The translations under genes and the position numbers were made by a program. The notes under the pieces are model-generated. The model ran no database searches and was not told the origin of the DNA. It saw only the letters and a program-made list of their open reading frames with translations. Below are positions 12,400-26,555 of a DNA stretch of 64,000 nt, piece by piece; the stretch's first letter is position 1; each line of letters starts with the position of its first letter. This DNA is from Camelus dromedarius (lineage: Eukaryota). The stretch spans positions 87,980,001 through 88,044,000 of the forward strand of contig NC_087436.1 in NCBI RefSeq assembly GCF_036321535.1, read 5' to 3'.

Positions 12400-15300
12400 C
12401 CTAATAGACTTTATTTTTTATTTTTTTAAGAGAGCAGTTTTAGTTTCAGAGCCAAATTGAGAGGAATTAGGCTGTGATTTCCCATACACTCCTTCTCCCA
12501 TTCATGCATAGACTCTCCAACATCCCCCATTAGGACGGTGTATTCATTACAGTTGATGAACCTGTATTATTGACATCATTAATCACCCAGAGTCCCTAGT
12601 TTACATTGTGACTCACTCTTGGTGTTGTACATTGTATTTAGTCAGATGTGTAATGACATATATCCGCCATTATAATATCATACAGAATGTTTTCCCTGCC
12701 CTAAAAGTCATCTGTGCTCTGCCTGTTCATCCCACCCCCCCACCCCACCCCTTGCTGGCTGGCAATCACTGATCTTTTTACTGTCACCATAGTTTTGTCT
12801 TTTCCTGAATGTCATATATTTGGAATCATACAGTATGTAACTTTTTCAGATTGGCTTTCCTTAACATTATGCATTTAAGATTCCTCCATGTTTTCTCTTG
12901 GCTTGATAGCTCATTTCTTTTTAGTGTTGAGTAATTTTCCATTGTTTGGTTGTACCACAGTTTATCCATTCACCTGCTGAAGAACATCTTGGTTGGCAGT
13001 TATGAATAAAGCTGCTAAAAACAAACATCCATGTGCAGGTTTTTGCATAGACATGTTTTCAACTTGGGTGAATACCAAAGAACACAACTGCTGAGTTGTA
13101 CGGTAAAAGCGTGTTTAGTTTTGTAAGAAACTGCCAAACTGTTTTCCAAAGTGGCTGTGCCACTTTGCATTTTCACCAGCAACATATGAGAGTTCCTGTT
13201 TCTTTACATCCTGTCCAGTATTTGGTATCATCATTGTTCTGAAATTGGCCATTCTAATAGGTATGCAGTAGTATCTCATTGTTGTTTAAATTTGCATTTA
13301 TCTAATGACATATGTGGTGGAACATTTTTTCTATGCTTATTTTCTATCTGAATACCTGTTTTGGTGAGATGTCTGTTAAGGTCTTTGGCCCATTTTTTGA
13401 TTGGGTTGTTTGTTTTCTCTTTGTTGAGTTTTAAGAGTTCTTTGTATTTTTTTTTTTTTTTAGAACAACCCTTTATTAGATGTGTATTTTGCAAATATTT
13501 CCTCCCAGTCTGTAGCTTGTCTTCTTATTCTCTTGATACTGTCTTTTGCAGAGCAGAAGTTTTTAATTTTACTGATGTCCAGCTTATCAATATCCTTATC
13601 TATTTCTTTCATGGATTGTGCTTTTGGTGCTACATTCAAAACATCATTGCCATTCCCAAGGTCATCTAGGTTTTCTACTGTTTTATCTATTAAGAGTTTT
13701 ATAGTTTTTCATTTCACATTTAGGTCTATGATACATTTTAAGTTAATTTTTGTGAAGGGCCTGGTGCTTTCTGTTTTGGAATGTTGATTATTGTTTCAAT
13801 TTCTTTAATAGGTATAAGCCTAGTCAGATTGTCTATTTCTTCCTGTGTGAGTTCTTGCAGATTATGTCTTTCAAAGTATTGATCCATTTCCACTAGGTTA
13901 TCAAATTCGTGAATATAGGGTTGTTTGCAGTATTCCTTCGTCCTTTTAAATATTCACGGAATCTGTAGTGATGTCCCTTTTTCATTTCTGATATTAGTGA
14001 TTTGTGTCTTTTCTCTTTTTTCCTTAATTAGCCTGGCTAGTGGTTTATTGATTTTACCGATTTTTGTGTTTTCAAAGAACCAGCTTTTGGTTTAGTTGAT
14101 TTTCTCCATTAATTTCACGTTTTCAATTTCATTAATTTCTGCCCTAATTATTATTATTTCTTTTCTTCTCGTTACTTTGCATTCATTACTCTTATTAGTA
14201 TTTTTTAAAGTGAAACTTAGCTTATTGATTTTAGATCTCTTCTTCTAAAATAAAACTTCCCTTCTAAGGATTACTTTTGCTGTGTCCCACAAATTTTACT
14301 AATTATGTTTTCATTTTCATTTAGGCAAAATATTTTAAAACTTCTCTTGAGATTTCTTCTTTGACCCATGTGTTATTTAGAAGTATGTTGTTTAATCTCC
14401 ATGTATTTTAGGATTTTCTAATTATCTTTTTGCCATTGATTTCTAGTTTAATTTCATTGTAGTTTGTTGTGTAATTTCTGTTCTTTTAAATTTGGTGACT
14501 AATCTATGTGAGCTCTTAGAATGTGTATTCTGCTGTTGTTGAATGAACTGGTCTATAGATGTCAATTATATCCAGTTGACTGATGGTATTGTTGAGTTCA
14601 GCTATGTCCTTACTGATTTTCTGATTGCTGTACCTGTCCATTTCTGAAGGAGGGGTGTTGAGTTCTCCAACTGTAATAGTGGATTCATCTGTTTCTCCTT
14701 GTAGTTTTATCAATTTTTGCTTCATGTACTTTGATGCTCTCATGTTAGGTAGATATACATTGAAGATTGTTATGCCTTCTTGGAGAATTGACCCCTTTAT
14801 CATTCTGTGATGCCTTTCTTTATCCCTCATAACTTTCTTTGCTTTTAAATCTGCTCCGTATGAAATTAGAATAAATACTCTGTCTTTCCTTTTATTAGTG
14901 TTAGGATGGCATATCTTTCTTCATCCATTACTTTTGATCTGTGTGTCTTTATATTTAAAGTGGGTTTCTGGAATGTATAGTTGGTCTTGGTTTTCAATCC
15001 ACTTTGACAATCTCTGTTTTTTTAATTTATTCATTTAGACCATTGATGTTCAAAGTGATTATTGATACAGTTGAATTAATTTCTATCATATTTGTTTCCC
15101 TTGTTTTTGTTTCTTTTTTTCCCTGCTTTTTATGGTTTTGAGTATTTTATCTAATTGTTTTTTCTTTTTTTAGCATATCAATTACACTTCTTTTTAAACT
15201 GTTTTTAATCATTTCCCTATAGTTTCCAATATACATTTACAACTAATCCAAGTCTACTTTCAAATAATACTACCGTGCTTCGTGAGTAGAGTGAGTACCT

Positions 15301-17245
15301 AATAATAAAATAATTCTAATTCTTTCTCCTTTCCTCTTTATATCAGTGCTGTCCTTCATTTCACTTACAAGCATACATAACTGAATACATTGTCACTGTT
15401 ATTTTGAACAAATTGTTTTCTGTTAGATCAATTAAGAATAAGAACAGTAAAAGTTTATATTTTACCTTCTTTTATTCTTTCTTCAATGGTCTTCCTTTCT
15501 TTATGTAGATCTGAGTTTCTGATCTATATTATTTTTCTTTTCTCTAAAGATCTTTTAACATTTCTTGCAAGGCAGGTCTACTGACAACAAATTCTCTCAA
15601 CTTTTGTTTGAAGTGGTCTTTATTCTGTTTCACTTTTGAAAGACAATTTCACTGGGTACAAAATTCTAGGTGTTTTTTTTTTTTTCCTGTCAATGTTTGA
15701 AATATTTCATTCCACTCTCTTCTTGCCTGCATGGTTTCTCAGAAGAAGGTGGCTGAAATTCTTATCTTTGTTCCTCTATAGGTAAGGTTTTTTTTTCCTC
15801 CCCTCTGGCTTTGTTCAGGATTTTTTATTTCCCTTTGATTTTGAATATGATATCCTGGGTATGTGTGTATATATATATATTTTGCATTTATGCCACTTGG
15901 TGTTTTCTGACCTTCCTGGGCCTGTGGTTTTGGTATCTGATATTAATTTGGGGAAATTCTGAGTCATTTTTGTTTCAAATAATACTTGTACTTCTTCTGT
16001 TTCTTTTTCTCTTCTCCTATTCTCATTACATGTATGTTAGATCATTTGTAGTTGTCCCACAGTTCTTAGATATTGTTTTTTTGTTTGTTTGTTTTCTTAG
16101 TCTTTTTTTCTCTTTGCTTTCAGTATTCTATTTTATTTCTTTTCAAGTTTCCATTGATATATCCTCAAGCTCAGATATTCTTTCCTTAGCCCGTCAGTGG
16201 CTCTCTTTAATTCAGTTACAGTGTTTTTTTGATCACTAGTGTTTCTTTTTGATTCTTAGAGTTTCCGTCTGTCTGCTGACATTGCCCATCTTTTCTTGCA
16301 TGCTTTCTACTTTATCCATTAGAACTCTTAGCTTATTACTCCTGGTTGCTTTGGATTCCCAGTCTGGTAACTCCAGCATCCTGCCATATCTGAGTTTGGC
16401 TCTCATGCTTGTGCTGTCTCTTCAACTGCTTCCGTTTTTGTTTTGTTTTGTTTTTTGCCTTTTAGTATGCCTTGTAATATTTTCTTGGTAGTTGAACATG
16501 GACTACAGTACCAAGTAAAAGAGCTTGATTTAAGTAGGCCTTCAGGAATGTGGTGAGGGTCGGGGAAGATGTGTGGGGGGAGAGCAGGCATTCTATAACC
16601 CCATGATTAGACTGCAGTCTTTTATTAGTCAGCCTGTGCCTCCAGGCTGAATTTCACAAGTGCTTCTCAGTTTTTCCCCCACCTCAGGTGGAACAGAATA
16701 ACCAGAGAGCACTGGAGTTGGGTATTTCCCTTTTCTTAGGTCAGTTAGGCTCAGGTTAAATAGTGTCTTAGTTTGTCTTGAGGGCAGACTTTGTTAAGAA
16801 TGCTTTGGAGTATTTCAAAATGTTTTTGTCCTCTCCCTGCCAGAATCCTGAGGGGATTTTTCTTTGATCTTGACTGTGAGCACCTGGTGAAACTCTTGGA
16901 GATAAAATTACAAAAGTATGGGGTTTCCTCTATTACTGGCCCCCTTGGAGTTTTTAATTCTCAGAGTTGTCCACACTAAGCCTCTAGCAATTTGTCAAAG
17001 TGCAGGTTTTCTTATCCTGGCACTGGTTCCCACGGAAGTGTTTGCTCATGGGTTTCTGTTCCCGAAAGTTGTGATTTTCTGCATCTGCCTGTCTCCAATT
17101 TTGGGAGTAGTGGTTTGCCCTGTGACCTCACTTCTCTTATGGGTCTAAGAAGTTGTTGCTTTTTCAGTTTGCTTGTCTTTTTACTTTTTTTTTTTTTTTT
17201 AAAGACCTAGTGGTGTCTTTAATGACAGACTGAAAATTGGAAGTC
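12400..17245 (-). mobile_element. Large, internally deleted L1 (L1MC-like): 3' UTR, ORF2 endonuclease region and 5' region
   Basis: Minus ORF 14516-14830 (RDKERHHRMIKGSILQEGITIFNVYLPN...TITVGELNTP...LDIIDIYRPVHSTTAEYTF) is the L1 ORF2 endonuclease; minus ORF 13276-13494 (NNPIKKWAKDLNRHLTK) is the ORF2 C-terminus; many stops and frameshifts. Confidence 0.92.
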
Positions 17246-17539
17246 TCTCCTCACTTTTTCTATTACTATACAGTTTCCTTTCTTGGAGGCAACCAGTATT
17301 AGTAGTTTCTTATGCATCCTTTCAGAGATAGCCTACTATTCTTTAAAATAATTTAATTAAGATGAAATTACTGATTTTTGAAGGGATATTACATTAATCC
17401 TCTATTTCTGTGGTTACAAATCATTCCTCATTATGAGATCATTTTTATGGTTTTCTATCTACCTCTGAAATGTCTTTCCCCTTGTCTAATTTTCTGGATT
17501 TGGCAAACTTTAATTAATTTTATTGGAATTTTAAAATAA

Positions 17540-17895
17540 TCAAATTAGGTTAGCTTATCCTCTAATAAAAACAATCCTCAAATTACCAGTGCTTAAAACA
17601 CAAAAATTTATTTCTCATTCATCCTAAGTCTGTGCCTTCTAGACAAGCTGTCTTCTCTCTACAGGTTTGGCATTGCAATTCCATATTAACACCTGCCAAC
17701 GTGATTACAGAGACAGTGGGAGGAGAAGTACAAAGCCCAGTGCCAACAGTTAAATGCTTCCATTGGAAGTTTACGTCTCAATTCTACTCACATTTCATCG
17801 GCCAACACAAGTCACATGACTATGCCTGACTTCAGAAGGGGAAGGAAAGTACAATCCTCCTTTAAGCCTAGGAGAGGGAAAGTGGATAATGTTGT
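17540..17895. mobile_element. Degenerate MaLR LTR (MLT1J/K-like)
   Basis: 'cagtgcttaaaacacaaaaatttatttctcattca' and 'aagtcacatgactatgcctgacttcagaagggg' are typical MLT1 phrases. Confidence 0.65.
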
Positions 17896-17907
17896 TAATA
17901 TCCTCTA

Positions 17908-17964
<57 letters not shown>
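17908..17964. repeat. (TAT)n microsatellite, about 19 units
   Basis: Perfect tattattat run read directly. Confidence 0.97.
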
Positions 17965-17966
<2 letters not shown>

Positions 17967-18949
17967 TTTACTGATTGATTTGTTTTTTGAGGGAAGGTAC
18001 TCCTCAAGTCCCTAATCCTGATTATAGACAATCTCTTGGTAACCCTGACAATCACTCCATCCCCACCGAAGAGTAAGTATCTGAGAAAAGCCAGTGGTTT
18101 TGCCTCCCACCCCTTCGTTTAGAATTCTGCCAGGATCATTATCCTCAGAATTCAGAAAATTTTGATCAGTCCTGTCTCTGCCAGTTCTCTTCTGTAGACC
18201 TGTGATGTTTTTCATACACACACTATTCCGTGTTGAATAGTCACAGCCTACATGAGATTTCATTCTCTCTTCTCTTAAAGGATAGTCAGTGTTTTGAAGG
18301 CTGCAGTTAGTATTTAGCCCAGTGAGTCTGATGGAGGGCGATATCGCACATTTTCTCCTGAGGTGCACCCCAGTGGAGTAGACTTGCAAGCCGGCTGTCA
18401 GAGCACAGCGCTAATGGCTACTGTAAGGGCAGGTTGCTTCTCCTTCCCCATTGTTTTTACCTTAAAATAGCAACATTTCAGGGGTGGGGTGCTACCCCTT
18501 TCAAATTTCTAACATTGCTTGAGCTCCCCCCTTTGTATGTTGATTAGGTTATCTCAGGGAATATTGGAACAAGGAGCTAGTCGAATATGTATCCTGGGTT
18601 ATCACCTGAGTTTTGTTCCTCCTTTTAAGCTAACTGTTTGCATACAGGTTGGTTCAGCTGTTTAACAAGAAGAAAGGAAAACAGCTCAAAACCTGCTATT
18701 TTCTGGAAGCATTACGTTACATCTCAAAATGCATGTAAGATAGGGTGTGCAAATACATTGGATTTGTGTGTTGAAAACAAGAAGGTCACCTCTTCCTCTG
18801 TCATTCTGTGCTACTCATCTCCTCTTAAAGGCTGTAAAATGGAAACGTACTGTGTTCATTAAATTGTTTGAAAGTCTATGTATTGTTTTTTTGGGTTTTT
18901 TTGTGTGTGTGGTGCATATCATGTGTTATCTTTCACATCCTTTATTTAA

Positions 18950-20420
18950 TCCACAGATGTTTATTTCATACCTGTGACTTGAAAGATGGTGCTGGGGATT
19001 ATAAATGCAAACAAGGCAGTCTCTGCCCTCCTGGAGCTTGGTTTTTGGTCGGGCAGGCAAATAGTAAACAAATATTAGGTGATAAACTCTGTGATGAAAA
19101 ATTATTTGGCTAGAGTTTGATGGGTATCAGTTATTTCAGATAAGGTGGTGGGGAAGGCCTCTTTGGGGGAGGTAGCATTTGCGGCCATCTGGTGGAAGGG
19201 AGGGGGCAAGTCATACTCACAGGAAAGAACTTTCCAGGCGGGGGGATTAGCTAGTGCATAGGCCCTGATGTGGAAATAAGCTTCTTGAACTTCAGGACTA
19301 GCAGGAAAGCTAGTGTAGCTAAAATAGAGGAAAGGAAATGTGAGGCAGACCATGGGTATTTTTCTGCATTTGATGGGAAACCAGTGAAGGATTTTTGAGC
19401 AAAAGTAGAGTGAATAAATTCTTGTTCTAAAAAGATCACTCTGGTGACTGGGGAATTAGGAGGTGAATTAGGGGAGAATTAGGGGGTGATGCAGAAATAT
19501 CAATTAAGAGGCTGCTTGAAATTGTTTGGGGGCAGAGATGATGACGGCTCTGACTAGGTTGGTAGCAGTGGATGGGAGACATGGTCAGATTTAGGATACA
19601 TAGTATTTTGCAAGTAGAGCTGGCAGAACTTGTTAATGGATTAGATGTGAAGGTGTGAAGTAAAGAAAGGAATAAAAGTTACTGAGCGACTGGAAGAAAG
19701 GTGGTACTATTTACTGCAGTGCAGTGCTGGGAGTAGGCGAAGTTTAGGGGGCTGTATTAAGAGTTGTGTTTGACATCCCTTTAGATGTGCAGACAGGTGT
19801 TTGAATTTGCAAGGTTAGTGCCAGTAGAGAGAGGTCTGGGCTAGAGACACCATCCATGTGCTGACAAATTCCAGATTTGAATGTGAGGCCTTTAGGCCCC
19901 GAGGTGAGTGTCGGTGGAGAAGAGGGCCAAGGACTGACCCTGGGCTCTCCAACAACGTCTTGAGTAGGGAAAGAGGCAGAGGAAAAGCAGTTCTTGAGGA
20001 AGAGGAGGAGCACAGTGTGTGGCATCTTGCCATCCTTGTGACAAAAGTGTTTCAAAAAGGAGGGAGAGGATGCAGCTCTGGAATCACTGAGATGAGGGCT
20101 GATGATTGACCTGAATTTCACAAGGTGTGGAGGTCATCCGTGACCCCAACCCGTGGTCCTGGGCAGCAGTGGAGGTGGAGAGCCCCTGAGTAGACAGAGA
20201 GAGAGGAGAGAATGAGGCGAAGAAGGGAAGCTAGTGAAATACTGAATAGAGACAATCGTGTGGAGGACTTTTGTTATAAAGGGGAGCAGAGAAACGGGGC
20301 AGTTGTGACTGGGGTTTTGTGGTCGGGGGGGCTCCCCACTTTTTTCTCTTTAAGGTGAGTGATCATTATGGTATGTTTGTATCCTGATGAGGCATGATCC
20401 CTTAGGAATGGAGGAAAAAA
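18950..20420 (-). mobile_element. L2 LINE fragment
   Basis: Purine-rich antisense L2 phrases: 'aaaagatcactctgg', 'ggtcagatttaggata', 'agaggtctgggctagagac', 'agagggccaaggactgaccctggg'. Confidence 0.85.
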
Positions 20421-21885
20421 GACGTGATATTTTTGTCACCTTGAAATTGATATTCTCAGCTTTAAGAAGTCGTATGGGAATGGTTGGTGTTGGGTTGAAA
20501 GTTTTCTCGACCCCACCCTTTTAAAGGGAGCCTTTGTAATTTTCTTCTGTTTTTCTCCTTTTGGCTTGCTTAGCCTTACTGTGTATCTTGATATAGATTT
20601 TTATCTTTCTTGTTTCTGGTAAATGCTGATTATTAGGAAGTCAAACCAATTGTGTGTAAAAAAAAATAATGTGAAAGACATTTAACAGGGAATGTTTCCC
20701 AAGGCCCATTGTTTACCACAAAAAGGAAACCACTGACTTGTTGTTACACCAGTGAAGATAAAATTATTTTATGATTACAGTACTCGTTTTGTGAGTAACA
20801 TTTTTCATACTGAGATCAAAAGAAATTATTTTATGAAAACAAGCTAATGGGAAATGTAGACTTTTGTTACAAGTGGGGATTTATTTAGTGGAAGCCCTTT
20901 TTTATTTCTCTTCAGAACATTTAAAATTCTTCTAATTGTGGACCTATTTGTTGTTTAAATTATGAAAAAAATAGAGCTTAAGCAATTTAGAAGTTGGGTA
21001 TATAGTTCTTAATTTCTTGAGATGTAATACAAAGTTTTAACTGATTTTAAGGGAGAAGATGTGACAATACAGGGTAGTGGGAATATTGTCACTCTGAAGC
21101 AGAAGAAAATCCATTGTACTGTAAATATAGCTAATATTATAGTAAGAACATATTCAAGGAGTAAGTAAACCATCTAACACAACCTAATATCTTCCTTCCC
21201 GGTGTAAATTCATGCTTAGTAGAGAAGTCCTCAGATGCAGTTTGATTTAAAATAACAAAATGCATAGAAGATAAGGATGTTATAATAGTAGATCTGGGCT
21301 TACTGGAGACCAGCGTTCTTGAACCTTTGTACTTTTCAGTTGGAATTTATCCCCTACCCCTGCACTCCAGTGCCCCCTGCCTCCCATCCTTGCTTCAAAA
21401 TAGAAACAAAAACAAAAACCTCTAAATATATATTTGGCAGTAATAAAGTCTCCTAATTTCTGAGTATCTAAGAAATGCATCCATGGATGAACATAAAAGC
21501 TAGAGACTATAAAATGTTCAGATTCTAAGCTATGTTGTGTTATAGATACAGCTTTGTTGAATAAGTGATTCTCAAACATTTTTTTGGTCTACATATGATT
21601 TGCACATGCAGAAATAAATGTATATAATTATATGTATGTCCGGTAGTGATAAATTCTATGATGAAAACAAAATGGAAATAGACATTAGAAATAGTGACAT
21701 GGGAGGTCCTCTGAACTTCCTTTTTCTCATTTACCGGCTGGGAATAATAATAACCTACCTCTTTAGAGCTGTGTGGACTTAATTGTGTGTGAAATGCACC
21801 TAGTGTGATACCTGGTATCATGCCAAATTACTGAGTACATGTGATTCTACTTTCCCTTTCTTTCTGTAATTTGAGTCCTCCAAAT

Positions 21886-21900
21886 CTGCCACCTAGTGCC
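21886..21900 (-). promoter_or_regulatory. Candidate CTCF motif
   Basis: Reverse complement GGCACTAGGTGGCAG has one mismatch to the core CCASYAGRKGGC. Motif match only. Confidence 0.4.
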
Positions 21901-22009
21901 ATATAATATAGACTGTGTTAAAATCATAAGTTTAAACTAGAGTACTTTTCAACCATGTCCTTGGTGTGGTTTTGAAGTTCTTGTTGAAAAAGTCAATGGT
22001 AACACAAAG

Positions 22010-22350
22010 GACCCTTGAGGGGCATCATGTTTAATGAAATAAGCCAGTCACAAATGGACAGATGCTGTATGATTCCACTTAAATAAGGTACCTAGAGTAG
22101 TCAAACTCATAGAAACAGAGAATAGAATGCTTGTTGCCAGGGACAGGGAGGAGGAGGGGTGGGGGAATGGGGAGTTACTGTTTAGTGAGGACAGAGTTTC
22201 AGTTTTGCAAGATGAAAAGAGTTCTGGAGATGGATGGTGATGATGTTTGTACAACAACGTGAATGTAGTTGTGCCACTAAACTGTACACTTAAAAATAGT
22301 TAAGATGGCGAATTAAATATTGTGTGTATTTTACCACAGTTTAAAAAAAA
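22010..22350 (+). mobile_element. L1 3' end (L1MB-like)
   Basis: 'gaaataagccagtcacaaa', 'aggtacctagagtagtcaaactcataga', 'cagttttgcaagatgaaaagagttctggagatgg', A-rich tail. Confidence 0.88.
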
Positions 22351-22941
22351 GTAAATGATGAAACTATTTTGGTAAATCTTGCCCTCCCTGCCCTTTTTTG
22401 GTAGATATTAGTGAATTAAGGTTTTTATTTTTCTTTCCGTTTTACTGAGATATAATTGACCTGCAGCACTGCAAAAGTTGAAGGTGTACAACATGATGAC
22501 TTGACTTATGTATATTGTGAAGTGATCATAAATTGTTATTCTTGACTAAATCATGAAATGGAGGGTTGCTGTTCTTATGTCATAAATCTGTGTGAGAGTC
22601 CCATAAACTGAAAGCTATTGCTTATCAGAAATTTTCATCATCTTAACTCTCAGAGATGTCAGGCCTTAAACTGTTGCTTTTAGAGCAAAGAGTATAGTAT
22701 GGCTGGAAAAGAATTTTTTGTTTTGTTTTGTTTTGCCTGTCAGTTTAAAAAATATTGAGCCCTCATTGTGCTGAATGAACAACAGTAACAGCATTTGTTG
22801 AGTAATAGCTGCTGGCTATTGTTCTAAGTTTACACTTAATAATACTTATAATACTTCTAACATTTTATGATCATTATAAAAAGCCCTTGAAGGTCCTATA
22901 GTTGAGAAACCCAAAGCTTTGAAAGAAAAAGTGATTTTCTA

Positions 22942-23090
22942 GGGGAAGTTATAGATCAGTGGTAGAGTGAATGTTTAGCATGCACAAGGTCCTGGGTTCA
23001 AACCCTCGTACCTCTATTAAAAAAAAAATTTAAAAAACCTAATCACTTCCTTTCCGCCCCAGCCCCCCCCCAAAAAAAAACAGGAAAAAA
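22942..23090 (+). mobile_element. tRNA-derived camelid SINE (vic-1-like)
   Basis: 'tatagatcagtggtagagtgaatgtttagcatgcacaaggtcctgggttcaaaccc' followed by A-rich tracts. Confidence 0.88.
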
Positions 23091-24409
23091 AGGAATTTAA
23101 TGCATAGAAACAAAGGGAGGGCATTATAGATGGAAGAAAGATCTGGGCGTAGGAATGAATGGGACGTGTTTGCACAGAGCAGGGTTCAACCTGACTAGTC
23201 TAGAGAACATTAGAGAGATGGGCTACCAGTTTATTCTCTTCCATTAGTTCCTTGACTCCAAGTTTAAGGAATTCTTGGACTTTATTCTGTAGACATTGGG
23301 AGTAGCACTGAATTACCAAGGCAGGGAGTTTTGTGATCAGAGTTGTGCATCAGAGTAGTGAGAGGAGAGGTGAGAGACCACTGAGAATTCTTTTGATGGA
23401 AGAGTATTTTAGTATTGCAGTGGTTGGGGTCAGAGTGCAAATGATAAGAGATGAGAAAGTAGAGGCCCAAATGTATGGTAAGAGGAAATAAAAAAGGAGT
23501 TTATGATGTGTGAGTGTAAGATATATGTATATATATTTAGCTTAATGGTCGTCTGAATATACAGGTCACATGTAGATTTGGCTTTGAAAAGAGAGGTTTT
23601 GAAGATCCCAATAGCACAGGAAGACTGACTGTAGCAGTCTTGAACTGGATTTGAAGAGTTTACACGGGGCATCCTTTTCAGTTTGAGATGAGGGTTTCTG
23701 AAGAGATTACAGGACTGTGGTGGGACTAGGAACTTGAAGGGTAGAAAGATTTCAGTCTCTTTAAGAGGCAACTCAGCAGGGTCAACCATCACTCTTTAGA
23801 CCATGAGATAGAGTAATAGTAATAGTGTACTTCTGTTAGTGTTTCATACAAATAACTTACATAGAGTAGAATCTCTTATACAATATTGATTGTATAGTCA
23901 ACCAGTAGTCGGGATGGTTAAACAAACATTGTTTAAAATGAAGAATCATAAGTAAGTTACATGCCTTAAATATTTTATAATTGGTTAAGGATATAAATGC
24001 TTGTATATCATCAATCTTTTGATGTATAGCTGAGGCCTTCTTTTTAGGATATTTTAGGTGACTTGCCTTTTTCAAATCATACAGCTTAGTTTTCAGAGAC
24101 AAAGCACTTTCTTTTTGTACTCATATTTTTGATACAATATTTAACTAAATATATAATTATAGTAAATACAACTGGTATAAACAGATTTTGGAACAATTCT
24201 TGGTAGGTCTGCAACTCAATTGTTGGGAGAAAAATGAGAATGGGCACCAGAGAGGATTCCCCACTCCCACAAAAGGAAACTGAAACCTGCAGATTGTGGT
24301 TTGTCCATGGTTTCAGGATTGGCAACAGCCTGATTTTATCTTGAATCCAATGATGAGAATATTATGTGAAATATTGGTTAGTGCTGAAGAAATCTTTTAT
24401 ATATATAAG

Positions 24410-24878
24410 ATTAATGTCATAGCTTTATTGAGATATAATTCACATACCATACAAATCACCAATAAAGAAAAGTGTACAATTTGAGGTTTTTGCCTATTGA
24501 CAGAGATATGCAACCATCACCACAATCGATTTTAGAATATTTTCATCATCCCCAAAAGAAACCCCATATCCATTTAGCCCCCTATCTCCTCCCTCCGGCA
24601 CAAGTCAGCTGCTAATCTATTTTCTCTCTCTGTAGATTTGTCTATTCATATTAATGGAATCATGTGATATGTAGCCTTTTGTGACTGGCTTCTTTCACTT
24701 AGCATAACAAGCTTCAGATTCATCTGTGTTGTAGGATGTATGAATATTTTTTATGGCAGAATTCGTTCGGTGGATGTACCACAGTTTATTTATCCATTCA
24801 TCAGTTGATGACATTTGTATTTTTTTTGCCCTTTGGCTATTACAAAAATGCTATATATATATGTATATATAGCATTTA

Positions 24879-24955
<77 letters not shown>

Positions 24956-25215
24956 TACACACACATATATATATATATAGAACATTTGTACACATATTTT
25001 TACCTGGATGTATTTTTTCATTTCTCTTGGTATATACCTGTACCAAGGGAGAGGAATTGTTGGGTCATGTTTAACTTTTGAGAAACTGCCAGACTGTTTT
25101 CCAAAGTGGCTGCACCATTTTATATTCCTACCAGCAGTGTGTGAGGGTTCCAACCATATACTTGTCAACACTTGTTATTATCTGTCTTTTTGATTATAGC
25201 CATCCTAGTGGGTAC
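24410..25215 (-). mobile_element. L1 3' end (L1MB-like) containing a TA/CA microsatellite
   Basis: 'agctttattgagatataattcacatacc', 'gtgactggcttctttcacttagcataa', 'agaaactgccagactgttttccaaagtggctgcacc'. Confidence 0.88.
24852..24979. repeat. Compound (TA)n/(CA)n microsatellite
   Basis: Read directly; explains the YI-repeat ORFs in the ORF track. Confidence 0.95.
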
Positions 25216-25946
25216 ATGTATGTTTTTAAAGTGATTTTATTTTTCTGACTATAACAGTAATAGCTCTTTGTAGATATTTTGGAAAATATAGAAAAGCATA
25301 AAAGAAAAAAGTCACTTATTTTAAATCACTGTTTAGGAATAATATTGAGTGGGTTTTTTGCCCTGTGTTTTAATGTAATTTTAAAAGTATGACTGAAATT
25401 ATGTACAATTTTTGAGTCCTGCCTTTTATTGTTATTTAACGCATTTCCCCACGTTTTTTGAAATTGTATTTTAATTTTATCCTATCAAGAAAGAATACCT
25501 CTTCTGTTCTCTCTGGCTTTTGTGTTCTTATTTTTTATTTAATTTTTCAAATTGTACAATTATTTCAGAGGACCCCAGGGATGGAGTGGGAAAAAATATT
25601 TGTGGTTAATATACCATATTTAACTAGAAATTACTTCCAGATTAACTGCAGCATAATATTCCATCTGCTGAGTAAATTCTGTGTGCTCAGTAAATATTCC
25701 AATCTGCTGAGTTAGTCAACTGTTTCCCTACTTTGGACATTTATATTTCTTACAATTTTTCTTCATACATAATGTAAAAAATTTATATATGAAATTCTGT
25801 CTGCATTTTGAGTTCTCAGGAATGTAACAGTTGCTAGGTCAATAGCTAAGAACGTATTAAAGCTTCTCATTACATATTGACACAGTGTTTTTCAGAATGT
25901 TTGTCAAATTTACATTTCATCTAGCAATGTATATTTATGCTTTTCT

Positions 25947-26555
25947 TTTTTTTTAATAGCACAAACAGATTTATTTACTAACGAAAGGGATAATCCCAAT
26001 TAAACCAACACTGTGAAATAGTTGAAGTAAAATGTTTGTGATAAAGATAATTGAACACCGTAAAGCAGCATGGAGCTTTGCTCATTGGACTGAGCTCGTT
26101 CATCCTCGCAGCTAATTCCTGTCCAAAACGATGATGGCATTTTCACTCTGCTTTTTCATAGACCCGTGTACTAGTGACATTGTTCAGGACTCATTCCACC
26201 ACTAATTTCCCATCTTGCAATCTTCTTGTTACTGTGCTTTCCTTCCCATACCGTTCCTGAGGTTGAACCCATGTGCTGTATGTAAAGTTGCAGGCAGTCT
26301 GAGATGTTCTGCCATTGGCTGTAGTCTCTTCAGACTTCTCTCTCAGGTTACAGGAGAACTGTGTTTTCGAAGTGCTCTCAGTTTTTACGGTGAGATTTTT
26401 GGTGTCAGAAGTGATGATACCATCTGATTTGGCCATTGCACCACTTTTTGCAGAGCATTCCCACTCCTACTTCCTTCATGTGTTTGTCAAGGCCTTTGCT
26501 CTCCACCAGGCACCCTCTTCCTGCCAGCAGCCGACCGGAGGCCACGGTGGGCGCC
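25947..26555 (-). pseudogene. FABP5: FABP5 (epidermal fatty-acid-binding protein) processed pseudogene
   Basis: Minus ORF 26191-26436 MAKSDGIITSDTKNLTVKTESTSKTQFSCNLREKSEETTANGR...GKESTVTRRLQDGKLVVE matches FABP5 (MAKPDCIITCDGKNLTIKTESTLKTTQFSCTLGEKFEETTADGR...GKESTITRKLKDGKLVVE). Intronless over the CDS-equivalent 26545-26143; ATG changed to GTG; two apparent 1-nt deletions and a premature TGA at 26193-26191; AATAAA at 25975-25970; poly(A); TSD tttatgc(t/c)tttctt at 25934-25947 and 26556-26569. Confidence 0.96.

Noticed and set aside
17795..18055. Poly-Asn ORF
   Set aside because: Translation of the (TAT)n microsatellite.
24790..25193. Cluster of overlapping ORFs rich in YI/VC repeats
   Set aside because: Translation artefacts of the TA/CA microsatellite inside an L1.
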